From Trichodelitschia bisporula (taxonomy: Eukaryota): a stretch of 53,262 nt of DNA. The stretch lies in NCBI GenBank assembly GCA_010356995.1, contig ML996697.1, forward strand, positions 124,001-177,262, in the 5' to 3' direction. The stretch's first letter is position 1. Each line of letters begins with the position of its first letter. A model generated the notes under the pieces. The model was not told where the DNA came from and did no database searches. It was given only the letters and a program-made list of their open reading frames with translations. A program made the translations under genes and the position numbers. Positions 25,473-36,566 of the stretch are shown here, in pieces.

Positions 25473-26816
25473 ATCCCACTCAAACACCATACCGTGTCTT
25501 TTCCAAAGCAACTGCCCACACAGTTTTGTCTTCACTCTACATGCAGACTGAAGGAACCGAAGATACGCCCGCCTATGCTCCACAGGCTTCCAAGAAGCCA
25601 GTCCTACTCGAGACCGTAAAGATCATGAGCTGATGTGGCCAGTTTCGTATTTTGTGGCTTCTCGGTTAAGCGCGGTCATGCGCGGTCACAATGTGTACGC
25701 AGTAGATTCCGAAGACTCTTCGGTTCACGCAATGAGGACACGATATGCTGTCGACTTTGAATAGAACTATGCAACTGGACGCTGAAGATGCGTCAGGCCT
25801 CCACTTACATTGCAATTGAGGGGCGAAGATGGACCTAAGTCATGCGTAGGGATGAAGTCGGTGATCGGCTCCAGGCTTTATGTGCAAGGTAAGGCTTGAA
25901 ACATCAAGACCATGGAACAAGGAAACAGAGAACGAGCTGCTCGCATGGATTGTCCAAGCAAGGCACAGGAACGCTGCACGCTGCACTGCACCGTCGGAAT
26001 CACAGAACATTATACGGCGGAGGGGGAAGTGGGAGAGAGGGGTGCAGGGCGACGCAGCCAAGAGGAGCTGAAGCAACACCAGCCACCATGTTTGCCGTCG
26101 GTGACCGGGTGGTTGGGAAGAGGACGTACATCCGTACAGTACTCGTACTACTTGCTGCAGCGCAGAGCGTTAGGAAGAGACGGGACCAGTGAAAGGAGTG
26201 AATAGCGCCAGAGAAAGGATGTAGTCAGCCAGTCACGATATGGAGATGTGCCCAAGGTGCCCGCTGAGCTTCAAGAGGTGAGGTGTACTCCGTAGCTGGA
26301 GCTGCACCAGCTTTTTGCTTCATCAGTGGCCTGCTCCATCACTGGACAACCAGGCGGGTCCCCCAGCAACGAGCGCGGATGTGTGGCGCTAGGACAACTC
26401 ACACAGCCGCTCCCACAGCCAATGCCGCCGCCCCAATGAATGCCCGATGTCCTCCCAATGCACCACCCACCACCCCAGCCAGCTGTTCCCTCTTTCGTCG
26501 CTTTTCTCACTCCGCCTTTTCCACTTTTTTCCCTCTTCTCTCCCATCTCCTCCCTCTCACTTCCTCTCTCTCCCCAGAGAAGAGACGAGAGCTTCAACCT
26601 CATCTCCCTTTCCTCCCGACTCCCTCTACTCCCGGCCAAGTTGCCGGCGAGCAACGTTGCAAGGCCGCCGGCCTCTTGCAAACCGGGTGCCTGCTGCCAA
26701 CGCATCGCACACACACACCATCCACCGGCCCCTCCCCTCCATCACATCCACACCCCATTCATCCATTCATCCATTCATACCTCAACTCCACACTCCACTC
26801 TCTCGCCCTTTCAACT

Positions 26817-26821
<5 letters not shown>

Positions 26822-26849
<28 letters not shown>
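26822..26849. repeat. (CA)14 microsatellite
   Basis: Directly visible in the C-rich leader upstream of the 1710-aa ORF. Confidence 0.95.
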
Positions 26850-26852
<3 letters not shown>

Positions 26853-27310
26853 CCTTAACCACCAACATCCCGGCTAGTCCAATCTACCAGCTGGCCCCCA
26901 CCATCCTAGCAACCCTCCCGACCTCTATCTTCTGCTCCATCAACACCCTCTCTTCGCACCACCGTCCACTACCATCGCGACAACCCGTGCAAACAGAACA
27001 CTTGTCCCAACACGTACCGCTAGATCATAGAGAAAGGTCGATAGCATTTGCCGATCCTGCTCCAGCTACCTTCACCAAGCTCTCCGGACTCCCTTCGCTG
27101 CAGTACCAGCCACCCGCCACTCCGCACAAACGGCCTCGTCGCACACGAATCTCCTGTCCACAACCAACCCTTCGAGCCCAGCAAAGCCAGTAGAGCTCTC
27201 ATCCGCTCCTCTCCTAAAAAAAAAGCAAGCAAGCAAGCAAACAAACTTCAAACCCACCCCTCATGTCTGGTACCTGCCAGACGCTGGTAACCTGCTGCTA
27301 GTCCCGTAGT

Positions 27311-30300
27311 ATGATGGGCTTGGACTCACGACGCATACCTCTTCCAGCACCTACAGACGTCAGCTCAGCCGATAACGACACCACAGTCGGTTTCAGTGAC
27401 GACGTTGCCACAGACGTGTCCCGACGCACCGACCGCACTTCCTACTCCATCCCCGAGGACGGACGCCCTATCACCATTAGTACCAAACCTCCGCGGCACA
27501 GTCGCCACGAAAGCGCTACCTCCCTGCTGATTGAGTACTTTGACGGCGGCGAGTCCGGCGAAGGCCTCAGCTCGCGCCCTAGCGTCCGTGTGCGCGTCAC
27601 CCCCTCCAAATCCAAGAAGAACGACGGACCCCGCGCCGGTATCCGCATCACAGAGACCACACGTGGTAGCAATAGTGGGAGCAGAAGGGCGGCCTACACC
27701 CGCCGTATCTCTATCCCCCGCGACGCCCTCGAGGCCTCGGAGCTGTCGGCGCTCTCTGAAGCCGAGTCTTCGTCGCACCCGATCGAGGTCGACATCGCAC
27801 ACTCGGAGTTTAGCGACTTCACCCAGCGCGACTCTTCCCCGACCCGCTTCATCCCCGCTGCGTCGGATATCTCATCCATGCCTCCCGACTCCATGCTCGA
27901 CGGAAGCACCGCGGCGATGCGCACGCCTCCGCGTCGGCGTCGCAGCCGCAGTGCCGAGCGCGAGGAGACTATTGTTGAGACCCTTAAGACGCCGTCGCGG
28001 CGCCGCAGTCGCAGCTTGAGCCGCGAGCGCATGGCCCATAACGTTGCGCGCAAGCTGCAGGAGACGCAGAGCAGGCCGCGCGAGTCCAGCAAGCACAAAC
28101 ACAAGTCTTCTCGCGAGCACCGTGACCGGAGCCGCAGCGCCAGCAAGGAATACATTTTTGATGATGGCCGCTCGCCGAAGCGTGCGGGCAAGTATCGCGA
28201 CGACGATCGTCTTGCGGTTGAGACGCAGCCATCTGAGATCAGCACTATGAGTGGACTGAGTGTACGCTCCGAGGACAAGCATTCGACGCGCTCGGGCGCT
28301 TCTAATGTTTCCATTAATAACCCTAAGTTGTTGAAGACGGTTGAGGATGCGATCCGCCGCCTCATTCTGCCTGAGCTTGATGCTCTGAAGGAGGAGCAGC
28401 GCACGCAGAAGAACCGTATGAAGTTTGAGGAAATCACTCGCGATCCCAAGGCGCCAGCCGGATCCCGCTCGCGCGACAACATCCGCCGCGTGTCTAAGTC
28501 GTCCAGCTCACCCAATGTTGCCGGGCAGCGGCCGGAGATCCACGCCGACGACCGTGGCGTTATCTACGCAGGCGACTCGCCGAATAAGCTCACCAAATCG
28601 CGCCGTTCGAGCAGAGAATCTTCGGAGCGCAGCCATGACACCATCGTCCGCGAGACATCGCGCAAGAGCAGCAGGGAAAAGCGCCATGAAAAGGAAGTGG
28701 CTGCTGCAGCCGGCGCGGCCGTTCTTACCGCCGCCGCGCTGCGGCATCACGACTCTGTCTCCAGCCATGGCGACGTCTATGACACACATGAGCGGAGAAA
28801 GCGCCGCAGCAAGAGTCGTAGTCGCAGCGCCAGCATCTCTGAGAGCATCGACTCGCCACAGGCGAGGCACCTGATCCCGAACATTCCTCCGCTGCCAATG
28901 CAGAGCATGATCGACTCGGATCTCACGCGCGACTCTATCATGTCTGCCGAGACGGCAGAGCCGCACTCGCGTGGGTCGCCCGCTGGTCTGCGGTCGCCTC
29001 TCCACGAGACCCCGCCGCGTCGTTCCCCCCGCCAGGGGGCTGGGTCGCCCCTCATTCCGGAGGAGCCCCGCACTCCCACGCGCACCCCCGATATTGCCAC
29101 GTTCCGCGACGGATCCCGCACACCGGAATCGCGCCGCGAGATCAGCACGTGGCAGGACAGCCGCACGGCGGACTCGTCGCGCAAGGATGTCAGTACATTT
29201 CACGAGAGCGTGATGTCGCCCGGTCAGCGCAGCGTTGCGAGTGCGAAGAGCGATATTAGTAAGGGCGAGACTAGTGCAAAGAGACGCGCGAGGGAAATTG
29301 ATCTTGCCAATACGTTGGCTGCGCGTAGCGCGTTGAAGAGTCCGGCGCGCGAGAATCGTCCGCATACGCCGACACGGGGAATGAGTCCTGCGAACAGCAC
29401 AGGAACATTCGATGACCTCAAGGTGGCGTCGCTCGAGTACCCGACACACAACCGCGTGCGCTCCATCAAGAGCGGAGAGTCCATGTCGCCGCGGCGCAAG
29501 AACCGAGGCCAGGGCGGCGGCGTGTCCATTGACACGCTCACCACTACGCAGAGCACGAACGTTGCGCGATCGTCGAAGAAGCGGCCGGAAGGCGTGAGTC
29601 TGGAGAAGCGCTTCGAGATCCTGCCTGATGGCGAGTCGGAGGAAGGCGTGGACGAGTGGCTACATCACGAGCACCAACGCAACGACAGGTACCGCGAGGA
29701 GTTCGGTAGTCAGTTGACGGAGGAGGATCCAGCGTACCGGCACTCGCATGGTGCGACCCAGCAGGGCTACTCAGAGGTCAGCGAGAATGACGACGACAAG
29801 GTCAGCTCAGGCCACGACATCCGCGAGATCCGCGCCAATCCCGAGTACGTGCACACGCCAGTTGCCGTTGAGTCTGCCGTCGCCTCGCTCCATGGCCTGT
29901 CCGACATGAGTGCCAATTCCCCCCACGAGTGGCATGGCAGCCAGGCCGAGTCTTTCAGCCGCGCTCAAATGCCGTCCTCTAGCCGTGAGCGCTACGAGAT
30001 GGTTCGCGAACAAGCGATCGAAAGCGCTGAATCGCCGCGCCAATCCGAAGCACGCTCCGCCGACGACAGACCCCTTCTGGATTCTAGCGCTCTACCCCTC
30101 ATGCATGATCCGCTGCCCGACTTCGGACACAGCCTCGAGACCGAGTCGGATGTCACGACGAACCCGTCCATCATCCGCGGCCCCATTGGCGGGCTCGACC
30201 ACGATGATCGCGACCACTGGCCCTACGAGCCTACGCCGCCCATCAACAATGGCAGGATGCCCGCGCTGCACGGCGACCTCGACGGCGGCGCAGCGATGCT

Positions 30301-32443
30301 TTCAGCGGCCGCCGGTGTCGGTTTGGGACTGAACTCCCCGTCGCCGAACGCCCAGCGCCGCGATCTGAACGCCACGGTCGAGACGGACCCGGATGACTAC
30401 TACGATGGGCAGCAGGGCGCAACGTATGGTTACTCAGGTAGCCCAGGGCACCTCAGGGATGAAGGTTATATGTCCTCTGCTCCCCAGGCCGGTCTCAGCC
30501 CCTCACCGTATGCAGGGCGGACGCGCGGCGTCGACGAAGCAAGTCTCGGCAGCTACGGCGCGACGCCGACGAACGACAACAACTTCGCGGGCACGCGGCA
30601 TATTCGGCACGAGAGTGGCTTGTCGCACGGGATGGAATCGCCGCTGTATGACGGCGCGATGGGACGTGGGATGGATGCGATTGAGAGCAGGGATATTGTT
30701 GCGCTAATGGACCACCTCACTGTGCGTGATGCGCAGCGTAATGCGCGCGACACGGAGATTCTGGTCACGTTGGTGCGGAATGCCGCCGAAATGCGCACTG
30801 GCTTCGAGGAGATGAAGAAGTACATCGCGGAGCAGGACCGGTTAATCATGAACAACAACGAGATGACAGCGCAGCGGCTGGCTGGTCCCCGTCCGTACCC
30901 GTCCTCGACTTCGCCGCGCCAGGACCGGCGACAGCTCAGCAGCGAGAAGAGCATGGCGAACCGGAACATCTTCCAGCGCGCGCTCAAGGGGCTGAGTCTG
31001 AAGAGCAGCAACGACCTGACGAAGATTGAGAACATGCTCATGCATCTGCTGGACGAAGTCGAGGGCCTCAAGGCGACGCAGCAGCAGCCCCAAGCTCACA
31101 TCCCGCCCAGCAACACAACCCGCTCCAACAGCGTCAACTCCTATGAGAACCTGTCCAAGCCGCAGGACCCCGGCTACGAGCCCGAGGGACAGGCTGGCAC
31201 TTCCTCCCCCGCCCAGAGCGGCTACCTCTCCAACTCGTCGTCGCGCGGCCTCAGCCTCCCCGCCATGCACTCGAGTTACGAGCGCCGCGGCGTGGAAGCG
31301 CACCGCATTAGCACAGTGCCCGAGGAAGATAGCGACGAGTACGAAGACGAGCGCCTCCTCACACCCACGCAAGAAGCGCGCAACCGCGGTCCGCCGCCCC
31401 AGGAAATCGAAGAAACGTCGCCGCAGGAGCACACGCCGCGCATGGACAAGAGCAAGAAGCACCGCAGCAACACGAGCAGCATCTTCAGCAACTTCCGCGG
31501 CATGTCCCGCTGGTCGAAAACGACAACTGCGTCGACCGTCCCTGATTCAGCGCGCAAGGACGCTCCACGCCCGGCCTCGGCACACTCGGCGCATTCCCGC
31601 TCCGGGTCCAACCTCAACTTGCCATACGACTACGCCCTCGGCTCGGCCGACCGTCTACGCAGCCGCGAAACCCTCCCCCGCGCATCCGGTGAGTCAGCCC
31701 GTGCACCCTCGCCACTCATCCCCGACGACAGCGGAGCGCAGTACGACAACCACACCGGCCCGCCCTCCCCGCCCCAGCCAGAAGACGAATACGACCCGCA
31801 GTACGACGACCCGAAGTACCAAGCCCACCGCAACAGCCTCAACCTGCAGCACCCGCAGCCGCGCCCCGGGCCTACGCATAGACACCAGAGCTACCTCGAG
31901 TCCGCGGCCATTGCTTACGAGAACCCGCCTACGCCTGATGCGGCAGACCAGTGGGGTACCACGCCCGCGCTGAGTCGCGCGCGGTTTAATCCAGGGCAGA
32001 GTGGTCTGAGCCGCGCGAGCCCGGCGTACGGGGATGAGGACGCGTGGAGCGCGCATAGTGCCGAGGCTGCCGCGCCGGCGCGCCCGCCGAAGGTGCGCGA
32101 GGACCCGAATAGCAGCGGTCCGCTCGTTCCGCCGAAGATAGCGCTGGATGTGAATCGCCCGCCGCCCGCTGTGCTGGGGTATACGAGCCCGTTGAGCGCA
32201 GGGGTGCATGTTGGGAGTCCGTTGGAGCCGATTGAAGAGGTTAGGTATAGTCTTGAGACGGATGGGGGGGGTGTGAGGGGGATGATGACCCCGTCTCCTA
32301 GGCCGACGGCGATGCAGAGCGTGACGAGGAAGATTACGGGGCCAAGGGAGATGCCTGGACGGAATGGGGCGAGGGGGGGGAGTGCGAGTCCTGCTGGGCA
32401 GGTTAGGAGGAAGCCCGTGGGGGGTGGGGGGACGCCGGGTTAG
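27311..32443 (+). CDS. 1710-aa largely disordered Ser/Arg/Pro-rich protein with short coiled-coil islands; function unknown
   Basis: 5.1-kb uninterrupted ORF with strong codon bias and a long pyrimidine-rich leader. Helical islands NNPKLLKTVEDAIRRLILPELDALKEE, DIVALMDHLTVRDAQRNARDTEILVTLVRNAAEMR and DLTKIENMLMHLLDEVEGLK. Confidence 0.85.
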   Translation: MMGLDSRRIPLPAPTDVSSADNDTTVGFSDDVATDVSRRTDRTSYSIPEDGRPITISTKPPRHSRHESATSLLIEYFDGGESGEGLSSRPSVRVRVTPSKSKKNDGPRAGIRITETTRGSNSGSRRAAYTRRISIPRDALEASELSALSEAESSSHPIEVDIAHSEFSDFTQRDSSPTRFIPAASDISSMPPDSMLDGSTAAMRTPPRRRRSRSAEREETIVETLKTPSRRRSRSLSRERMAHNVARKLQETQSRPRESSKHKHKSSREHRDRSRSASKEYIFDDGRSPKRAGKYRDDDRLAVETQPSEISTMSGLSVRSEDKHSTRSGASNVSINNPKLLKTVEDAIRRLILPELDALKEEQRTQKNRMKFEEITRDPKAPAGSRSRDNIRRVSKSSSSPNVAGQRPEIHADDRGVIYAGDSPNKLTKSRRSSRESSERSHDTIVRETSRKSSREKRHEKEVAAAAGAAVLTAAALRHHDSVSSHGDVYDTHERRKRRSKSRSRSASISESIDSPQARHLIPNIPPLPMQSMIDSDLTRDSIMSAETAEPHSRGSPAGLRSPLHETPPRRSPRQGAGSPLIPEEPRTPTRTPDIATFRDGSRTPESRREISTWQDSRTADSSRKDVSTFHESVMSPGQRSVASAKSDISKGETSAKRRAREIDLANTLAARSALKSPARENRPHTPTRGMSPANSTGTFDDLKVASLEYPTHNRVRSIKSGESMSPRRKNRGQGGGVSIDTLTTTQSTNVARSSKKRPEGVSLEKRFEILPDGESEEGVDEWLHHEHQRNDRYREEFGSQLTEEDPAYRHSHGATQQGYSEVSENDDDKVSSGHDIREIRANPEYVHTPVAVESAVASLHGLSDMSANSPHEWHGSQAESFSRAQMPSSSRERYEMVREQAIESAESPRQSEARSADDRPLLDSSALPLMHDPLPDFGHSLETESDVTTNPSIIRGPIGGLDHDDRDHWPYEPTPPINNGRMPALHGDLDGGAAMLSAAAGVGLGLNSPSPNAQRRDLNATVETDPDDYYDGQQGATYGYSGSPGHLRDEGYMSSAPQAGLSPSPYAGRTRGVDEASLGSYGATPTNDNNFAGTRHIRHESGLSHGMESPLYDGAMGRGMDAIESRDIVALMDHLTVRDAQRNARDTEILVTLVRNAAEMRTGFEEMKKYIAEQDRLIMNNNEMTAQRLAGPRPYPSSTSPRQDRRQLSSEKSMANRNIFQRALKGLSLKSSNDLTKIENMLMHLLDEVEGLKATQQQPQAHIPPSNTTRSNSVNSYENLSKPQDPGYEPEGQAGTSSPAQSGYLSNSSSRGLSLPAMHSSYERRGVEAHRISTVPEEDSDEYEDERLLTPTQEARNRGPPPQEIEETSPQEHTPRMDKSKKHRSNTSSIFSNFRGMSRWSKTTTASTVPDSARKDAPRPASAHSAHSRSGSNLNLPYDYALGSADRLRSRETLPRASGESARAPSPLIPDDSGAQYDNHTGPPSPPQPEDEYDPQYDDPKYQAHRNSLNLQHPQPRPGPTHRHQSYLESAAIAYENPPTPDAADQWGTTPALSRARFNPGQSGLSRASPAYGDEDAWSAHSAEAAAPARPPKVREDPNSSGPLVPPKIALDVNRPPPAVLGYTSPLSAGVHVGSPLEPIEEVRYSLETDGGGVRGMMTPSPRPTAMQSVTRKITGPREMPGRNGARGGSASPAGQVRRKPVGGGGTPG

Positions 32444-32741
32444 TATTTTCTTTGAGGTTGGGTTGTGGGTAAAGCTAATGTGTGTGGCAGAGTCGTATCG
32501 GAATTCGTGGGAGAGTGAGACGTTTTAATGATCTCTTCGTCTGTTGGTGGGAGGGTGGAGGGGGGATATGTGTAGGAGCTTGGCGTCGGGCTTTTGATGT
32601 GTATGTTCGCGCATTGCGGGTGCTGTAAAAGCATTTATTGTCCTGTGTTTAATTTTGAGGCATGTATGCTGGGTTGTTTGAGCGAGTGGTTCGGGGTTAT
32701 GTGAGGCGGGTTTTTTTTGGGACTTGTATGTAGAGCCTGGT

Positions 32742-32918
32742 GGGGGTAGGCCGGTACGGTCCGGTACTCCTAATATTGTGGTTCCACCATCCTTTCGTTG
32801 ATGGACCACGATTTCGCTAGGTGTAAGGTCTATACCCTAGCGAGACTGGGGGCCGTTAACGAAGGGATGGACCGACCGTAATATTTGGGGGAGGACTGGG
32901 TCGTACTGCTCTACCCCT
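32742..32918 (+). ncRNA. Candidate long stem-loop RNA (pre-milRNA-like or 3'UTR structure)
   Basis: Manual pairing of 77 stem positions gives 57 Watson-Crick, 15 G-U and 5 mismatches, with a terminal loop near 32826-32830. Expression is unknown. Confidence 0.45.
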
Positions 32919-34549
32919 GTTGTTCATGATGGAGGGGGTGGGATGTACGATTTTATGCACGTCTTGCTGCTGTGCTGTCTGGGTACCGGTGTATATGTGA
33001 GGCTTAAGGCTACGGGGTTTATTTCTGGCGGGCACTTTTGCGTGGTTAGGGCGATATCCAATGGATGTTTTTCTCGTTGCCTACTGCGAGAGGAGTGCAT
33101 CACGGCCCGTTCGGCACGCTGCTTCGTTTCTGATACTCGGCTTCCATCGCCCAGCTCCCGGTTTATACATGCCCTTTGGTCCCCAGTCCCTGCTGATCCC
33201 CGAATGTCAGCTAGGAATGATCGTGGAGCGTCAGCCCTTTCCTCACCTTACGAGTGCCTGAAGCGCTTCGGCAGTGACGTCGACAGATGGCCTCGTGCTG
33301 CAGCACCTGCACTTACCCAGTCATTCGACTCTGGCAAGGACCGTGGGGGTAGGTGCTTCCTCTGGATGACCTACACCTGCCAGACCTTCACTCTACAGTC
33401 TCGATAGGAGGCGTGGGTGGCTGGTTGTGGTCTGATCTCCGTGGCTGCACCTTCCTTGCTCTCAAAATCGTGACGAAGACAGTGCCCTTCTTCTATATCA
33501 TCCTCCTCTACTCTCCTCTCTTCCCCTCCCCTCACCAGGTCTCTTCATTCTCTCTCATCTTCTCTTTTCATATCTCATCACTACACAGAATCACAGGGTC
33601 TTCTCGGCTGACTCCGATTCAGGTCCAAACGGTCCATGCCTTTCGCACATGCCATCTATGGCTTCACTATCCAGAATGGAGAAAACCCGGGTGGCCGAGG
33701 CATACATTACATATATGCTTGACCTTTCCCCCTCTCATCACTCCATCTTTCACCCTCTCTCATCTTCTCTTTTCATATCTCACCACTCCGCCAAACCAGA
33801 GCCTCTTCTCTCAGTCCAGTCTTCGCCTACGACGCAAGACGGTCGAGCCTCGGCGTCCTAGCAGCGAAAGTCCGCTGGGCGGCACGGTCCGTCATCGCGC
33901 AGCACCTTCCAGGCAATGCGAGGCGCTGGTCCCGCGTTACAGACTCGGAGAAGGAAGAGATGGTCACGCGCCTCCACGCCCAGTCTCCCTGGCAGCAGCG
34001 GCATTTCTAGGCTAGCGGGGCGGTTTCCATGGTTACAAGAGTTGGTTGAGTCCACTGCTGCCCATGAACATGTCTTCGTATACATGGTTTTCGGGTGGAG
34101 GACGATTCGGGTCCAAACGGTCCATGTCTTTCCCATGTCTCGTCTATGGCGTTATGAATCTGAGAGGACGCTGTCGTCGACTACATCGGTTGAAACAACC
34201 GTATGTTTGAGGATACTGTTTGACCGTTTACTGATTCTTTCGCAAGGAGCAGTAAGCCTGTAGCTCAGGCCGGCTCGGCTAGGTGGCTCGAACCGGTGAA
34301 GAAAGTGCAGGAAGACCTCCACAGAAGATTTTTTAGATTTCAACGGGACGACCGCGTGGAGGAGGGGATACATGGAAGTGACTGTACCATCGACTAGTTC
34401 CGTCTCACGGTCTAGCTACCGAAAACCGGAGTCAGCGGTGTTTCCGTCGGAAGATTTGGGATTGCAGCGTCCTGGATGGCAGCCCGAGGCTTCTCCTCTT
34501 GCCTTCCCATCGCACTTCGCGGCTTCGGCTTGACGATGGTTTCCAGGGC

Positions 34550-35170
34550 GTGGGGCGGAGGAGATGGTTAAGACTCTCTGGCGTCGAGTTTGGGACTACG
34601 AAGCTGTCCATGGACATTACAAGCTCATGTGGAGGTTTGCCTACAAATTTGACAAAGAGGGACTTGCTCGGCACAAGGTTCGAGTCGTCATTCGTGCGGA
34701 TCTGCTGACAGACTTCATGGCGCGGGAAGACGTTTACGCCCGCACACTGAGCCTGGCACACTCTCGAACCATGACAGCCATCCTGGTAACGTTTGACCTG
34801 GACGCATTGGCATTCGACGCCATCAACGCCTTCGCCAATTCGGACCTGGACGACTCGGTAGCCATCTTCACCTACCCACCTCAAGGTTTCCCAACGCCGG
34901 GACATGTCTACCGCCTGGACAAGCTGTCTATGGACTCCGCAGGGTTCTACCACTGCGGACGAAGACGACCACCGCGGATCAGGGCTACCACCCAGGTACG
35001 ACAGTGGAAGCAACATCCATATCTGCAACGACCGGTGGGCCTACATCGAGGACGCCTTCGCAGGCTCAGATGGGAGCAATGTTGTCCACCATGATGCCAG
35101 CAAGACGAAAATCCCCGCTATTGGGTCGGTTGCCATCACAGTGGAGACGCCAAACGATGAAAAGACCTGA
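34550..35170 (+). mobile_element. Degenerate Ty1/copia retrotransposon pol fragments (RT N-terminal half, then protease-like segment)
   Basis: RVT_2-like WRFAYKFDKEG..HKVRVVIRAD..EDVYARTL..FDLDALAFDAINAFANSDLD..YPPQGF..VYRLDK, then a frameshift to AVYGLRR. This is followed by the copia protease-like YDSGSNIHICND...IPAIGSVAI from 35000. Confidence 0.8.
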
Positions 35171-36566
35171 CCAAAAGCCAGGGCACTGCCGTCGTACCTT
35201 TCAAGGCCCCAAAGTCCCAGTGTCATATCCAGCAGCATCGCGACGATCCGGGGGACCTCAGCGGAAGCTAGCGCACCGGTGTTGTGCCGTTCGCGGCTTC
35301 CAAGGGTGTGAAGCCGTCTCCTGGCAAGAAGAATCAGTGCACGTCATGCGGGAAATTTAAAGAAAAGATCGACTTCGTGACTGAACGCAAAATAACCGGT
35401 GGCAAGACCTGTACCGTCTGTCACACCAAGAAGGCTCTATAGCGTGGTGGCGCCGTTGTTCCCGAGTCCAGCACGCGCCCTGCGGTGTGGGAACGGCCAG
35501 ACACAGCTGCCTAAGTTCTACGACAGTATGGCCCTGCAGAGGCAGATCAACTTCATCAAGAGGTCGCACTTCTGCGAGATCGAACAGTTCTCGGTCAGTA
35601 GAAGGGATACTCTCGGGGAAACAGAGGCGAGATTCCTGATAGATAGTCTTCCTCTACATCCGTAGGCAGTGTTTTCCTAAGTCATCCTATCTTCATGTTT
35701 TCTCTCTCCTCTGTTTCCCCGAGAGATACGAAGGGTACGCGCATCGAGACCAGACCCGAACGGTTAAAAGGCTTGTCGTGTTGGTGCGCAGACGGCGGAT
35801 ATCACGGGCGTCTCAAAAGAATATGGTCGTAGAGAAAATGCGTCCGTCCATCGTGTTGGAGTGCTAGACAGAGTCTAGATGGGATGTAAATAGGATAATC
35901 AAGTACTCATTGAACTGGTGACATGTGAGTGAGGCCTCGAGAATTGTGACGAACACGAACAGTCCATGGTAGGCGACATCTTCCCGCCTTCCACCCTCGC
36001 ATGCGGAAACCAACACCTTGCAAAATTCCAAGCCCGCGATAAGCCCTCGAGACGCTGTGTAACGCGGTTTCAAACCTCGACACTGCCCTCCAAACTCATA
36101 TAAAAGTATATATGCTGTTGTTGTCCTTGCAAGCAGCCTCAAGTCTCCGCTCCGCCAACCTCCACCCGGCCCGGCCCCGGCTCCACCCACCCACCGCGCC
36201 TCCGCCCACGCGCACCGGCCATCAACGTCCGCCCTACAGCCCTGGTTGCCAACATCGCGTTTTTTTGCAACACCACACGCACCGCTGCACTTCCCCGCGC
36301 CCTTTCATACCTTCATACTTCTGCGGATCGCTGCGAGGGAATTGCACGCGTGGTTTGGCGACTTGACGAGCGAGACGGCAAGATCTGGACCAGGGAGGAG
36401 CATCGGTAGACGGTTCCAGCTGGAGCAGCATCACCCGCGTCGGCATTGAACATCACGACTCTCACGCCTCTCACAGCACACCCCGCGCCCATCCTCACGC
36501 ATACACTCAGGGCACAAGACCCGCTGCACGAACCCGCGCAACCCACCCCCCCACCCCAACCCCGCA

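Noticed and set aside
26283..27193. Long Pro/Ser/His-rich ORFs
   Set aside because: C-rich leader and CA microsatellite that lack stops for compositional reasons.
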